This document shows, one piece after another, positions 1 to 10,472 of a DNA stretch of 64,000 bases. The notes under the pieces were generated by a model that was not told the origin of the DNA, made no database searches, and saw only the letters and a program-made list of their open reading frames with translations. Each line of letters starts with the position of its first letter. Positions within the stretch are counted from its first letter, which is position 1. The translations under genes were made by a program, and so were the position numbers. Source of the DNA: an uncultured Acidobacteriota bacterium (lineage in GTDB: Bacteria; Acidobacteriota; UBA6911); the NCBI GenBank assembly GCA_963809485.1, contig CAWEJX010000007.1, forward strand, positions 704,001 through 768,000. Direction: 5' to 3'.

Positions 1-101
1 TCGTCTGCGGCCTGTGCATAAACGTGCTTTGCTTCCCGCAGGCAATCGCATATAGCGGAAGCGTGCGCGTAGCATGGAATCGGGGAAGTTGCCGGGGTGG
101 T

Positions 102-338
102 TCAACCAGGACGCGATACAGATCCTGAAGCAACAGGGACGTTTGACCCGGAGGGGATATTCCTTGGGGAGATGTGAGGCTGCCCCACCAAATCCTGCAT
201 CCCCCACCGTGCCTTATAAAGACAATCTTCGAGCGAATGGCCCACGCCTGTGAATCCCTCCAAATCCGGAGAATAAAACGCGAAGAATTCAGGATCCTGC
301 GTAGCTTCAATAACCAGGGAATACGGAATGTCGATCAT
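102..338 (-). CDS. HicB-like antitoxin fragment / small protein, C-terminus possibly degenerate
   Basis: From internal ATG at 338 (GGAGAG upstream): MIDIPYSLVIEATQDPEFFAFYSPDLEGFTGVGHSLEDCLYKARWGM resembles the HicB N-terminal pattern (Y/F..PDL.G....G.S.EE). The tail looks unrelated. Confidence 0.55.
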   Translation of the reverse strand: MIDIPYSLVIEATQDPEFFAFYSPDLEGFTGVGHSLEDCLYKARWGMQDLVGQPHISPRNIPSGSNVPVASGSVSRPG

Positions 339-544
339 CTTTACTCTCCATCTCCCAATCCGGCGGCTTTCAAGATCGCATGGCAAGTTCCGGTTGGAAC
401 TTCTTTGGCGCCGTGAAAATCGACTCGAATCAAGCGCTGATGTCCAGGCTTGGCATAATAGCAAATCGACCCCTACTCCTTTATAAGCCGAGATCCGTTC
501 TGTTCGAGAAACCTTACCAAATCGCTGCATGATGAAGGCTGAGC

Positions 545-572
545 TTGACGGTATCGGCGAAATCGGTATAGT
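545..572 (+). promoter_or_regulatory. Putative sigma70 promoter of pckG
   Basis: TTGACG (545-550), 16-bp spacer, TATAGT (567-572), about 40 bp upstream of the start. Confidence 0.45.
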
Positions 573-614
573 TGAGTTTACGACCCAATCCTAATTTTTA
601 TGAGGAATGCATCG

Positions 615-2429
615 ATGACCGCCCCAACCAAACATGCCGGGCTTCTGGCCTGGATCGATGAAATCGCCCGCATGACTCAACCGGATTCGCTCGTCTGGTG
701 CAACGGCACCAAAGCGGAATATGACTCTCTGACCGGCATCATGGTGGAGAGCGGATTGGCCACTCCCCTCCCCAAGCGCCCCAACTCATTCCTGTTCCGG
801 TCGGATGCTTCCGACGTGGCCCGTGTGGAGAACCGCACCTATATCGCTTCCAGATCGAAAGAAGATGCGGGCCCGACCAACAACTGGATCGATCCTTCCG
901 AGCTGCAGGCCACGATGACGAAACTCTATACCGGCTGCATGAGGGGCCGTACGATGTACGTGATCCCTTTCTCGATGGGCCCGGTGGGATCGCCGATCGC
1001 CAAAATCGGCGTCCAGGTCACGGATTCTCCCTATGTCGTGGCCAACATGCACATCGTGACCCGTGTCGGGAACCGTGTGCTCGATGTTTTGGGGGATTCG
1101 GGAGAGTTTGTTCCCTGTCTTCACAGCATCGGCAAACCCCTGCTTTCCTGTCAGGATGATCTGGGCCTGTGGCCCTGCGCGCCCCTTGAAAAGAAATACA
1201 TCGCGCACTTTCCCGAAACCAAGACCATCTGGTCCTATGGCTCGGGTTACGGCGGGAACGCTCTGCTGGGGAAAAAATGCCTGGCCCTGCGCATCGCCTC
1301 GGTCATTGCCAGAGATGAAGGGTGGCTCGCCGAGCATATGCTGATCCTCAAGATCACGAACCCGGCAGGGAAGTCCAAATACATCGCGGCAGCGTTTCCT
1401 TCCGCCTGCGGCAAGACCAACCTCGCCATGCTGGTGCCCACCGTCCCGGGCTGGAAAGTTGAAACCGTCGGCGATGACATCGCCTGGATGAAACCCGGTA
1501 AGGACGGCAGGCTTTATGCCATCAATCCGGAAGCAGGATTTTTCGGGGTAGCGCCGGGCACCTCCATGAGTTCCAACCCGAACGCCATGCGGACAATCGA
1601 GAAGAACTCGATCTTTACCAATGTCGCGCTGACCGAAGACGGAGACGTCTGGTGGGAGGGCATCGGTTACGACGCCCCCGGAAGGCTTATCGACTGGACG
1701 GGCAAGCCGTGGGTCCGGGACAAAGCCGATAAGGCTCAGCCTCCGGCGGCCCACCCCAACTCGCGTTTCACCACGCCGGCCGCGCAGTGCCCCTCCATCG
1801 CTGAGGAATGGGAAGATCCCGCGGGAGTACCGATCGACGCCATCCTTTTCGGAGGCCGGCGCGCGTCCACGGTTCCCCTCGTGAGCCAGGCCTTTTCCTG
1901 GAACCAGGGCGTTTTCATGGGCTCCATCGTGGGTTCCGAAATCACCGCCGCCGCTCTGGACCTCAAAGTCGGCTCGGTGCGCCGCGACCCGTTTGCCATG
2001 CTGCCTTTCTGCGGCTACAACATGGGCGACTATTTCGGGCACTGGCTACGGATGGGTGAGAAGACGCCGCCTGCCGCACAGCCGAAATTTTTCTTCGTCA
2101 ACTGGTTCCGCAAAACCAGGGAGGGCCGGTGGCTCTGGCCGGGATATGGGGAGAACAGCCGCGTGCTGAAGTGGATATTCGAGCAATGCGACGGGCAAGG
2201 GAAAGCAGTCGAAACCCCCATCGGCATTATGCCCGCAGCCGATGCCATTGAGTTTCCGGATGGCGTCACGGCCGAGGATATGAAAGAGCTGCTTGAAGTG
2301 GATGCGGCCGGGTGGAAAGCCGAGCTTGACGACGTCAAGGCTTCGCTTTATCCCAAATTCGGATCGAGGCTTCCCGATGAGCTGAACCGCCAGCTCGATG
2401 CGCTCGCCGAGCGGCTGGAGGAACGGTAA
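615..2429 (+). CDS. pckG: Phosphoenolpyruvate carboxykinase (GTP)
   Basis: Motifs [64 protein letters not shown] at 602-606 favours ATG 615. Confidence 0.97.
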   Translation: MTAPTKHAGLLAWIDEIARMTQPDSLVWCNGTKAEYDSLTGIMVESGLATPLPKRPNSFLFRSDASDVARVENRTYIASRSKEDAGPTNNWIDPSELQATMTKLYTGCMRGRTMYVIPFSMGPVGSPIAKIGVQVTDSPYVVANMHIVTRVGNRVLDVLGDSGEFVPCLHSIGKPLLSCQDDLGLWPCAPLEKKYIAHFPETKTIWSYGSGYGGNALLGKKCLALRIASVIARDEGWLAEHMLILKITNPAGKSKYIAAAFPSACGKTNLAMLVPTVPGWKVETVGDDIAWMKPGKDGRLYAINPEAGFFGVAPGTSMSSNPNAMRTIEKNSIFTNVALTEDGDVWWEGIGYDAPGRLIDWTGKPWVRDKADKAQPPAAHPNSRFTTPAAQCPSIAEEWEDPAGVPIDAILFGGRRASTVPLVSQAFSWNQGVFMGSIVGSEITAAALDLKVGSVRRDPFAMLPFCGYNMGDYFGHWLRMGEKTPPAAQPKFFFVNWFRKTREGRWLWPGYGENSRVLKWIFEQCDGQGKAVETPIGIMPAADAIEFPDGVTAEDMKELLEVDAAGWKAELDDVKASLYPKFGSRLPDELNRQLDALAERLEER

Positions 2430-2513
2430 CGCTGTAACGCTGACGAACGCCGTAACGCTGACGAACGCTGACAAAGGCGCTGACGAACGCTGTAACGCCG
2501 ACAAAGGCACTGA
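2427..2513 (+). repeat. ACGCYGAC element, tandem left arms only
   Basis: TAACGCTGTAACGCTGACGAACGCCGTAACGCTGACGAACGCTGAC...; the first TAA is the pckG stop. Confidence 0.85.
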
Positions 2514-2531
2514 AAGTATGGAGAGAATAAT

Positions 2532-3851
2532 ATGACAGCCCTGAATCCGCTGGCCGAAGAGTCCAATCGAGACCTTCAAAACGGCGCTCCGCAGATCTTG
2601 AACGTGTTGTCCGCGCGGGGCAAAGCGATTTATTTCCCTTTCAAGGGTATCCTCGGGCAAAGCGCGGAAGCCAAAAGCGCGAAAATCAACGCGACCATAG
2701 GCACGGCGTTCGAAGACGACAATTCGCCGCTGACCCTCGAATGCCTGGAATCCATGGTCAACATACCCTCCGAGTCTTTTCTCTACGCGCCCAGCTTCGG
2801 CATGCCCAGGCTGCGGGAGGAATGGGGCAAGCTCCTTGCGGTCAAGAATCCCGGATTGAAGGGTAAGATTTACAGCCTGCCCGTGACGACGGCCGCCCTT
2901 ACCCACGGGCTGTCCGTCGCCGGATACCTGTTCGTCGACGCCGGGGATGAGGTCCTGATACCCGATCTCTATTGGGACAACTACGAGCTCGTGTTCAGCG
3001 AAGCCTACGGTGCAAAGCTGGTTTTATACAATACTTTTGTAAACGGCGGATTCGATGTGGCCGCATTCTCCAGAGCGCTCAATGCGGGCAAAAAAGGCAA
3101 GAAAATCGTTCTCCTGAATTTCCCCAACAATCCGGCCGGCTATACTCCGACTGAAACCGAGTACACGGCGCTGGTTGAGGAAATCCGCAAGTCCGCCGAG
3201 GCGGGGAACCAGATCGTCGTGGTGCTCGATGACGCCTACTTCGGGCTCGTTTATGAAGAGGGCGTCGCCAAAGAATCCCTTTTTGTATCGCTGACGGACC
3301 TTCACCCGAACGTCCTGGGAGTGAAGCTGGACGGCCCGACCAAGGAGGACTACGTGTGGGGTTTCCGCGTGGGTTTCATGACCTTCGGTTTCAAAGGGGC
3401 GACCGGCGCTCAACTCAAGGCCCTGGAGAACAAGGCGGCCGGCGCCGTGCGCGGCACCATCTCCAACGTTTCATGTCTCGGCCAGTCGCTCCTGCTCAAA
3501 GCGTATACCGACCCCAAATACGCCGGGCAGAAAAAGCAGAAATACGAAATCCTCGCACGGCGCGCCCGCAAGATCCGCGAAATTGCCCAAAGCCATCCCG
3601 AATACGCGCAGAGTTTTGAAATGATGCCGTTCAACTCCGGATATTTCATGTGCGTCAAACCCCTGGGGGTCGACCCGGAGGCGCTGCGCAAGGAGTTGCT
3701 GGCGAATTACAGCACCGGCGTAATCGTGTTGTCCGGATTGATACGCATCGCCTTTTCGTCCGTGCCTTTCGACCTGATCGAAACCCTCTTCGCCAACCTG
3801 CACGACGCGATCCGGAAGCTAAACGGGGACAGTCACCAGCGTCCCCGTTGA
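2532..3851 (+). CDS. PLP-dependent aminotransferase class I/II
   Basis: LLNFPNNPAGY, VLDDAYFGL, KLDGPTKEDYVWGFRVG (PLP lysine region). Confidence 0.9.
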   Translation: MTALNPLAEESNRDLQNGAPQILNVLSARGKAIYFPFKGILGQSAEAKSAKINATIGTAFEDDNSPLTLECLESMVNIPSESFLYAPSFGMPRLREEWGKLLAVKNPGLKGKIYSLPVTTAALTHGLSVAGYLFVDAGDEVLIPDLYWDNYELVFSEAYGAKLVLYNTFVNGGFDVAAFSRALNAGKKGKKIVLLNFPNNPAGYTPTETEYTALVEEIRKSAEAGNQIVVVLDDAYFGLVYEEGVAKESLFVSLTDLHPNVLGVKLDGPTKEDYVWGFRVGFMTFGFKGATGAQLKALENKAAGAVRGTISNVSCLGQSLLLKAYTDPKYAGQKKQKYEILARRARKIREIAQSHPEYAQSFEMMPFNSGYFMCVKPLGVDPEALRKELLANYSTGVIVLSGLIRIAFSSVPFDLIETLFANLHDAIRKLNGDSHQRPR

Positions 3852-3918
3852 GAGATACCGTTGAAGGCCTCCATCAGAATTGCTTGCCCAACGGGGACAC
3901 GGGTGATTGTCCCCGTTT
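3821..3918. repeat. REP-like inverted doublet (AAACGGGGACAGTCACC..GTCCCCGTTG)
   Basis: Two 30-bp hairpin units (3821-3850 and 3889-3918) in inverted orientation, 27/30 identical. The first encodes the aminotransferase C-terminus NGDSHQRPR*. Confidence 0.8.
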
Positions 3919-4135
3919 AAAAAATTAAGTTTCTTTTATTTATTCTCGCACCGTCTCTCCGTTACAATGTCGCGGAGCCCTGTAAACTGTGTTGTCAGCG
4001 CGCATTTTCAGCAAAGGTTGTGCAGCGAAACAGTCCGGCAGTGTCGCCGCAGAAAGCTCACAGGGGACGAGGATTTTTGGGCAGCCCCGCCTTTTCAAGA
4101 CACACACCTAGAACTTGTTCAGGAGACGCAAGACA

Positions 4136-5476
4136 ATGACTGCAAAAAGAGTCGCAAAAGCTGCCGCAAAAAAAGCCGCGGCGCCGGTCGCAAAATCGTA
4201 CAATCCTTTCCTTGTTGCCCAGGAACAGTTTGACCGCATCGCGGACATGCTGGATCTGGACCAGGCGACAAGGGATCTGCTTCGCAATCCGTTGAGAGAG
4301 TATCACTTCAGTATTCCCATCCGCATGGACCACGGCGGGATCCAGATTTTTCGCGGCTTCAGAGTTCAGCATAACGACGCCCGGGGCCCCTGCAAGGGCG
4401 GCATTCGATTTCATCCCATGGAAACCATCGATACCGATCCGGGCGCTCTCCATGTGGATGACGTGGAAGTGCTCCGTTGTGGACATACCGCTGGGCGGGA
4501 GCAAAGGCGGGATCATATGCGATCCGCACAATCTCAGCTAACACGAGATCGAGCAGCTCTGCCGCGGCTGGGTGCGGCAAATCGCCCGGGATGTCGGCCC
4601 CTACTCGACGTGCCTGCGCCGGACGTCATGACGAATCCGCAGGACATGCTTTGGATGCTGGATGAGTTTGAAAAAATCCATGGCGGCAAATTCCCCGGAT
4701 TCATTACCGGCAAGCCGATCAGCATCGGAGGATCGAAGGGACGCACCGAAGCGACCGGATACATGGTGGTCCTCACGGTTCGCGAAGCTCTCAAAGAACT
4801 GAATCTGAAGCCGGAAAATACCACGGCGAGCATCCAGGGATTCGGCAACGTTGCCCAATACTGCCGTCGAGCTCTACCACAAGATCGGCGGACATGGTGA
4901 TCTGCGTGTCAAGCTGGGATCCGACGGACAATAAAACATTCTGCTGCAGGAAAAAGTCCGGAATTCTGTTCGACGAGCTCAAGTCGATCAGCGATCCGTT
5001 CGGCACCATCGACCGCGTCAAGGCGCAGCAGATCTGGGATATGAAATTCTTCCCGGCGAGGCGTGGCTGGAACAGGATGTCGACATTCTGATTCCGGCGG
5101 CGGTTGAAAACCAGATCACGGCGGATAACGTGTCCAGAAGATCAATCCCAGGGTTAAACTGATCGCGGAAGGCGCCAACGGGCCCACGACACCCGAAGCG
5201 GATGTCATGCTCGAGAAACGCGGGACTTTCCTGATTCCGGACATTCTCTGCAACGCCGGCGGCGTCACCTGCAGCTACTTCGAACAGGTGCAGGGCAACA
5301 TGAATTATTATTGGGACGAGAAAGAGGTTTTCGACAAGCTGGATTCCAAAATGACCTCCGCGTTCCAGGCGGTCCGGGAAACAGCCAAGCGTCGCAGGCT
5401 CCGCAACAGAGACGCCGCCTATGTCCTCGCGGTGAATCGCGTGGCGCGGGCCTGCAAGGATCGGGGATGGGTTTAG
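4136..5476 (+). CDS. gdhA: Glu/Leu/Phe/Val dehydrogenase (glutamate dehydrogenase), several apparent frameshifts
   Basis: [69 protein letters not shown] occur in successive frames. RBS AGGAG at 4121. Confidence 0.88.
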
Positions 5477-5550
5477 CCGCCGCCATCCCTGATTTTGGTT
5501 TCGGCTGCAGATCGCATTATGTTTAATACATCGATAATCCAGCTTTTCGG

Positions 5551-5628
5551 GGGGGACTCACAGGATTGGACAGCTCCAGCATCAAATAACGCCGAAATAC
5601 GCTGACAAAAACGCTGATGAACGCTGAT
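5551..5628 (+). repeat. Relic IS200-like MITE left end followed by an ACGCYGAC left arm
   Basis: GGGGGACTCACAGGATTGGACAGCTCC resembles GGGGGACTCATAGAGTTTGACAGCTCC near 21428. It is followed by TAACGCCGAAATACGCTGACAAAAACGCTGATGAACGCTGA at 5587. Confidence 0.65.
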
Positions 5629-5699
5629 CCTTTAGCCTGTTATGTTCCGCCTGAAGAGCTGGAAAGTCCGTAGTCCCGGCAGGAAGTCGCGAGGAATCG

Positions 5700-8600
5700 A
5701 TGGAAAACAAATCTGTCGACAAACTCATTGATCGATCTCAAAGAGCGCGCGAAGGAACTCAACTGTCTTTACGAAGTTGAGGAGATCATGAGCAAGCCGA
5801 ATCTTCCGCTGGAGGAGGTTTTCCGCAAGATCGTCGATACGCTTCCGGCCGGCTGGCAGTATCCCGATACCTGCCAGGCAAGGATCACCTATGGCGACTT
5901 TGACGCCCAGACGGAGGGCTTTCGGGAATCTCCCTGGGTGCAGCACGCGGATATCCTGGTTCAGGACGAGGTCGTGGGCCGGATCAGCGTTTGCTACACG
6001 GAGGAACGCCCCGCCGCCGACGAAGGGCCCTTTCTCAAAGAAGAGCGGAAGCTGATCAACACCATTGCGGACCGACTCAAGCACCGAATCCTGCACGACG
6101 AATCTCAAGACGGTTTTTGAAAGGCAGAAGCTGAAGCGGGGAGGCTTCCGAGGAATGGGCCGTCATTCTGGACCTGCTGCGAAGAACCGATCCCAAGCTG
6201 CTCACCCGCATTCCAAGAAAGATGCTGAATCATCTCACCTGGGCCGGTTACGATCAAGGCGCATCAAATTCTTGAGCAGGGTCAGCCCGGTTCTGAAAGG
6301 CGATGGCGCCGACGCCGACCAGGACGAGAACCGGCCGCTGCGCATTCCGACGATCCCAGGATCTGCTCTCTGCCAGCGAGCGATATTTTCAAGCTCGCCG
6401 GAGAAGCATCTGCGGGAAAATGAGATCCTCGCTTTATCCAGAAATGGATCAGGAGGACCGTTCGGGATTTCTGATAAAGTCCTGGAAAATCCCAACTCCT
6501 CGCTGGTCGAAATCGCCGGCGCCATCGAGCGGTATCGCCATCTGATTCCGCAGGGCGTGGAGCTGTCGTCGCCCAGGGAGCGGGCGTTCCGCGTTTCGCT
6601 CATCCAGCGCCTCCTGAACGACGATCCGCAGTTCGTGCAGGTGGCCAAACAATTCATCAGCGTCAACGATTTCCACGATCTTCTCGAACAGACGATCTAT
6701 CCGCCGGGAAGCCACGGGAGGCTTGGCGGCAAGGGCGCCGGCCTGTTTGTCGCGTCGCAGATCCTGAAAAAAATGTCGGCGGACAACGAGCTCCTCGGCA
6801 GCGTCAAGACTCCGAAAACATGGCACTCACTTCGGACGGCCTTCTCAATTTCATCAACTACAACGACCTGGACGAGATCGTCGGAACACAAATACAAAGA
6901 TATCGGCCAGGTGCGGCAGGAGTATCCCTCCATCATTCAGGTATTCAAAAGCTCCTCTTTCCCGCCGGAGATCGTCAACGGGCTTGTCCATCGCGCTGGA
7001 TGATTTTGCGGAGGTCCCGTCTGATTGTGCGCAGTTCCAGCCTGCTCGAGGACAGCAAGGGGACCTCGTTTGCCGGCAAATACAAGAGCCTGTTCATCGC
7101 GAATCAGGGAAGCAAGCAAGAGCGCATCGCCGCCCTCATGGATGCCATTGCGGAAGTGTACGCCTCCACCTTCGGCCCGGATCCGATCGGGTATCGCATG
7201 GAGCGGGGATTGATCGATTTCCACGAGGAGATGGGAATCATGATCCAGGAAGTGGTGGGCACCAGGATCGGCCGCTATTACATGCCGGCTTTTGCGGGAG
7301 TTGCCTTCAGCCGCAACGAATTTCAATGGTCCCGCCGCATCCGCCGCGAAGACGGCCTGCTCCGCATGGTGCCCGGACTGGGCACGCGGGCGGTCGACCG
7401 CGTGCTGGATGACTACCCGATCCTCGATTTCGCCGGGCCAGCCGTCGCTGCGCGTCAATGTGACCGTCGAGGAGAAAGATCCGCTATTCTCCCAAGCGCA
7501 TCGATGTGATCAATCTTGGAATCCGGTTTGTTCGAGACGGTCGACCTGAAAGAGCTCCTGAGCGAATACGCCGACGACTATCCGATGATTCACCAAACTC
7601 GTCTCCATTCTGCAGGACGACAGGCTCATCCAGCCCTGGAACCTCGGCATCGACAGGGAAAGGGACTCGCTGGTCGTAACATTTGACGGCCTGCTCAGCC
7701 GCACGCCCTTCATCGAGCAGGCGTCGGCGATGCTGAAAACGCTCCAGTCCGAATTCCGGATGCCCATGGATATGGAGTTTGCGCACGACGGCACCGATCT
7801 GTACATCCTGCAATGCCGCCTCCAGAGCTACGGGGCCTGTCCGCAGCCGGCCGTCCTGCCTCGCGAAACGCCTGCGAAAGACCGAATCTTTTTTTCCGCC
7901 AACCGCTACGTCACCAACGGGACCATTCCCGGAATCACCCACATCGTTTACGTCGATCCGGATCAATATGCGGAGTTGCCAGCCGCACGGATCTTGTCGC
8001 GGTCGGCCAGGCCGTGAGCTGCGCTGAATCAGTTGCTGCCGAAGCGGCAGTTCATACTCATAGGGCCCGGACGCTGGGGCAGCCGCGGCGATATCAAACT
8101 CGGCGTGAGCGTCACCTACTCGGATATCAACAACACGGCGATGCTGATTGAAATCGCCGGAAAGCAAAAGATTACGTTCCCGAGCCATCCTTCGGCACCC
8201 ATTTCTTCCAGGACCTGGTCGAGGCGTCCATCCGGTATCTTCCCGCTCTATCCCGGCGATTGGGGAACCACTCTTCAATGAATCTTTTTTCAAGGATTCC
8301 CGCAACTGGCTGCCGGACCTTCTGCCCGATTTCGCCTACCTTGCCGGCACGGTGCGCGTCATCGATGTCGCGAACACGGCGCCGGGGATGGTGCTTCAGA
8401 TCCTGATGAACGGGGAACTGGACGAGGCGCTGGCAGTTTTGCCGGAACCGTCCCCGGAGCCGTCTGGAAACGCAGCCGATCGCAGCGGATACCCGCCCTG
8501 CCGGAATCCCGCCGCGAATACGCACTGGCGGTGGCGCCTGCAGAGCGTGGAACGCATGGCGGAGCTCATGGATCCGGCCCGCTTCGGAGTGAAGGCGATG

Positions 8601-8899
8601 TATCTGTTCGGAAGCACGAAGAATGCAACGGCCGGCCCCCAGAGCGACATCGATCTGCTGATCCACTTCAACGGGACCCAGGCTCAGGAGAAAGGAACTG
8701 CTGACCTGGCTCGAGGGCTGGAGCCTGTGCCTGAGCCCATCTGAATTATTTGAGGACCGGATACAAGTCCGACGGTCTGCTGGACGTCCACCTGGTCACG
8801 GATGAAGACATCAAAAAGCGCACGAGCTATGCGGTGAAGATCGGCGCCGCCACCGACGCCGCCCGCCCCATCCCCCTCGGCCGCCAGCCCCGGAAATAA
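5700..8899 (+). CDS. Large PEP/pyruvate-binding (PPDK/PEP synthase N-like) domain protein with N-terminal GAF-like and C-terminal nucleotidyltransferase domains, multiple apparent frameshifts
   Basis: Consecutive fragments: LKERAKELNCLY..LPAGWQYP; GRLGGKGAGL; LIVRSSSLLEDS.GTSFAGKYKS; EEMGIMIQEVVG; VPGLGTRAVDR; DMEFAHDG; LIGPGRWGSRGD; YLFGSTKNATAGPQSDIDLLI. Stop TAA at 8897-8899. Confidence 0.75.
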
Positions 8900-8900
8900 T

Positions 8901-9003
8901 TAACGCTGATACACGCTGACAAACACTGACCTACGCCGATTCCAAAATTTATATGAATTTTTTCAGCGTAAGTCAGCGCTTTTTTCGGCGTAAGTCAGCG
9001 TTA
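8901..9003. repeat. ACGCYGAC palindromic element (full)
   Basis: TAACGCTGATACACGCTGAC..., AT-rich loop, ...GTAAGTCAGCGTTA. Starts 1 bp after a stop codon. Confidence 0.9.
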
Positions 9004-9107
9004 CGCGAATTTCAGATCTCGAATCTCTTGCCGAGCACATCCGATTGTAGTAAAAGAAACCCCGGTTTTTAGTATTCGCGTAATCGTGAGGGAGGACACC
9101 TGCGAAC

Positions 9108-10442
9108 ATGACGGAAAAGACCTGGGAAAACTACAAGCAGAATAAGCCGCTCAAGCCATCGCCTCTGAAGGATATCAAGGTCCTCGAAGTCTGCACCATG
9201 CTGCTGGGCCCCATGGGCCCGGCGTTGCTGGCGCAGCTGGGCGCCGAGGTGATACGCTGTGAAATCCCCCCGATGGGCGATTCCACCCGCTCGCTGAACC
9301 CGTTCGGATGGTTCCTGAAGGATCAAAGCCCCCTGCTTCTGCATATCAACCAGAACAAGTATTGGCTGGGACTCGACCTGCACAAGCGGGAGGCGCGCCG
9401 GATCTTCTGCGAGCTTGCCGCCAAGTGCGATATCGTCGAAAACAATTTCCGGCCGGGAGTCATGGAAGAGTGGGAAATCGGCTACCGGCAGATCCGTGCC
9501 ATCAATCCGGGGATCATCTTCCTGTCCAAGAGCGGCTACGGCCAGTGGGGCCAGTATGCCAGGGAGAACCGCCCGTCGAATGACGGCGCTTCCCAGGCCC
9601 TTTCCGGATACTCGTGGATGTCCCGCTTCCCCGGCCAGACGCCCCTGAAGATGCGCGCATACATCGGCGACAATTACGGCGCCATGAGCGCCGAGGTCGC
9701 CGTACTGGCTGCTCTCCATTACCGGGACAGGACCGGAAAGGGACAGTTCATCGAATTCTCGCAGACGGAAAATATCTTGAGGACCATGTCCTGGACCTGG
9801 CCCTATATCCAGCTCTCCGGCAGAAAGGCGGAGCCGGCCGGCAACCGGGATGTCTCCGTATGCCCCGCGGACACCTTCCGCTGCATCGACGACACTTTTG
9901 TCGCCCTCGCAGCGGCTGCCCCCGAGGAGTTCAAAGGCTTGTGCAAAGCCATGGACAAGCCGCAGCTGGCGGAAGACCCGAGGTTCAGAGACCACATCAC
10001 ACGGCTTAAAGAGGAGAACGCGACCGCCGTGTTGAAGATCATCGCCGATTGGGCACGGACGAAGCGGCCGGAAGAAATCGAGGCTCTGGCCGAACAGCAC
10101 GGCTTTGCTGCGAGCCACCTCTTTACGGCCAGGGACCTGGTCGAGAACGAGCACTTTCGCGCGAGAGATTTCTGGACGGAAATCGATGATGCGCTGATCG
10201 GCAAGTACCACAATTACGAATTTCCGGTAAAAATGTCGGGCACGCCGCCTCAGACCAGGTGGTCCGTGAGGCCGGTCGGTTTCGACAACGAGTTCATTCT
10301 GAAGAGCCTGCTGGGCAAGAACGACGAGCAAATCCGGCAACTGTACGAGGCCGGAGCCCTGGGCAAGTGGGCGGACGCTCAGGGCCGCCGCCCGCCGCCG
10401 GATTGGGACGGCAAAGCGGGACTCAACGTGGCAAAAAGCTGA
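9108..10442 (+). CDS. CoA-transferase family III (CaiB/BaiF)
   Basis: PLKDIKVLE, LGAEVIRCEIPPMGD, DIVENNFRPG, SGYGQWG, GKGQFI. Confidence 0.9.
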   Translation: MTEKTWENYKQNKPLKPSPLKDIKVLEVCTMLLGPMGPALLAQLGAEVIRCEIPPMGDSTRSLNPFGWFLKDQSPLLLHINQNKYWLGLDLHKREARRIFCELAAKCDIVENNFRPGVMEEWEIGYRQIRAINPGIIFLSKSGYGQWGQYARENRPSNDGASQALSGYSWMSRFPGQTPLKMRAYIGDNYGAMSAEVAVLAALHYRDRTGKGQFIEFSQTENILRTMSWTWPYIQLSGRKAEPAGNRDVSVCPADTFRCIDDTFVALAAAAPEEFKGLCKAMDKPQLAEDPRFRDHITRLKEENATAVLKIIADWARTKRPEEIEALAEQHGFAASHLFTARDLVENEHFRARDFWTEIDDALIGKYHNYEFPVKMSGTPPQTRWSVRPVGFDNEFILKSLLGKNDEQIRQLYEAGALGKWADAQGRRPPPDWDGKAGLNVAKS

Positions 10443-10472
10443 TAACGGACCGGAAGCAACGAGGATATCAAA

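Noticed and set aside
8901-9003. Integron attC sites or simple rho-independent terminators
   Set aside because: The ends resemble RYYYAAC/GTTRRRY only partly, the flanking genes are core genes in mixed orientation, and no integrase is present. The stems are long and multi-unit with no U-tract after them. A terminator role remains possible but does not explain the structure.
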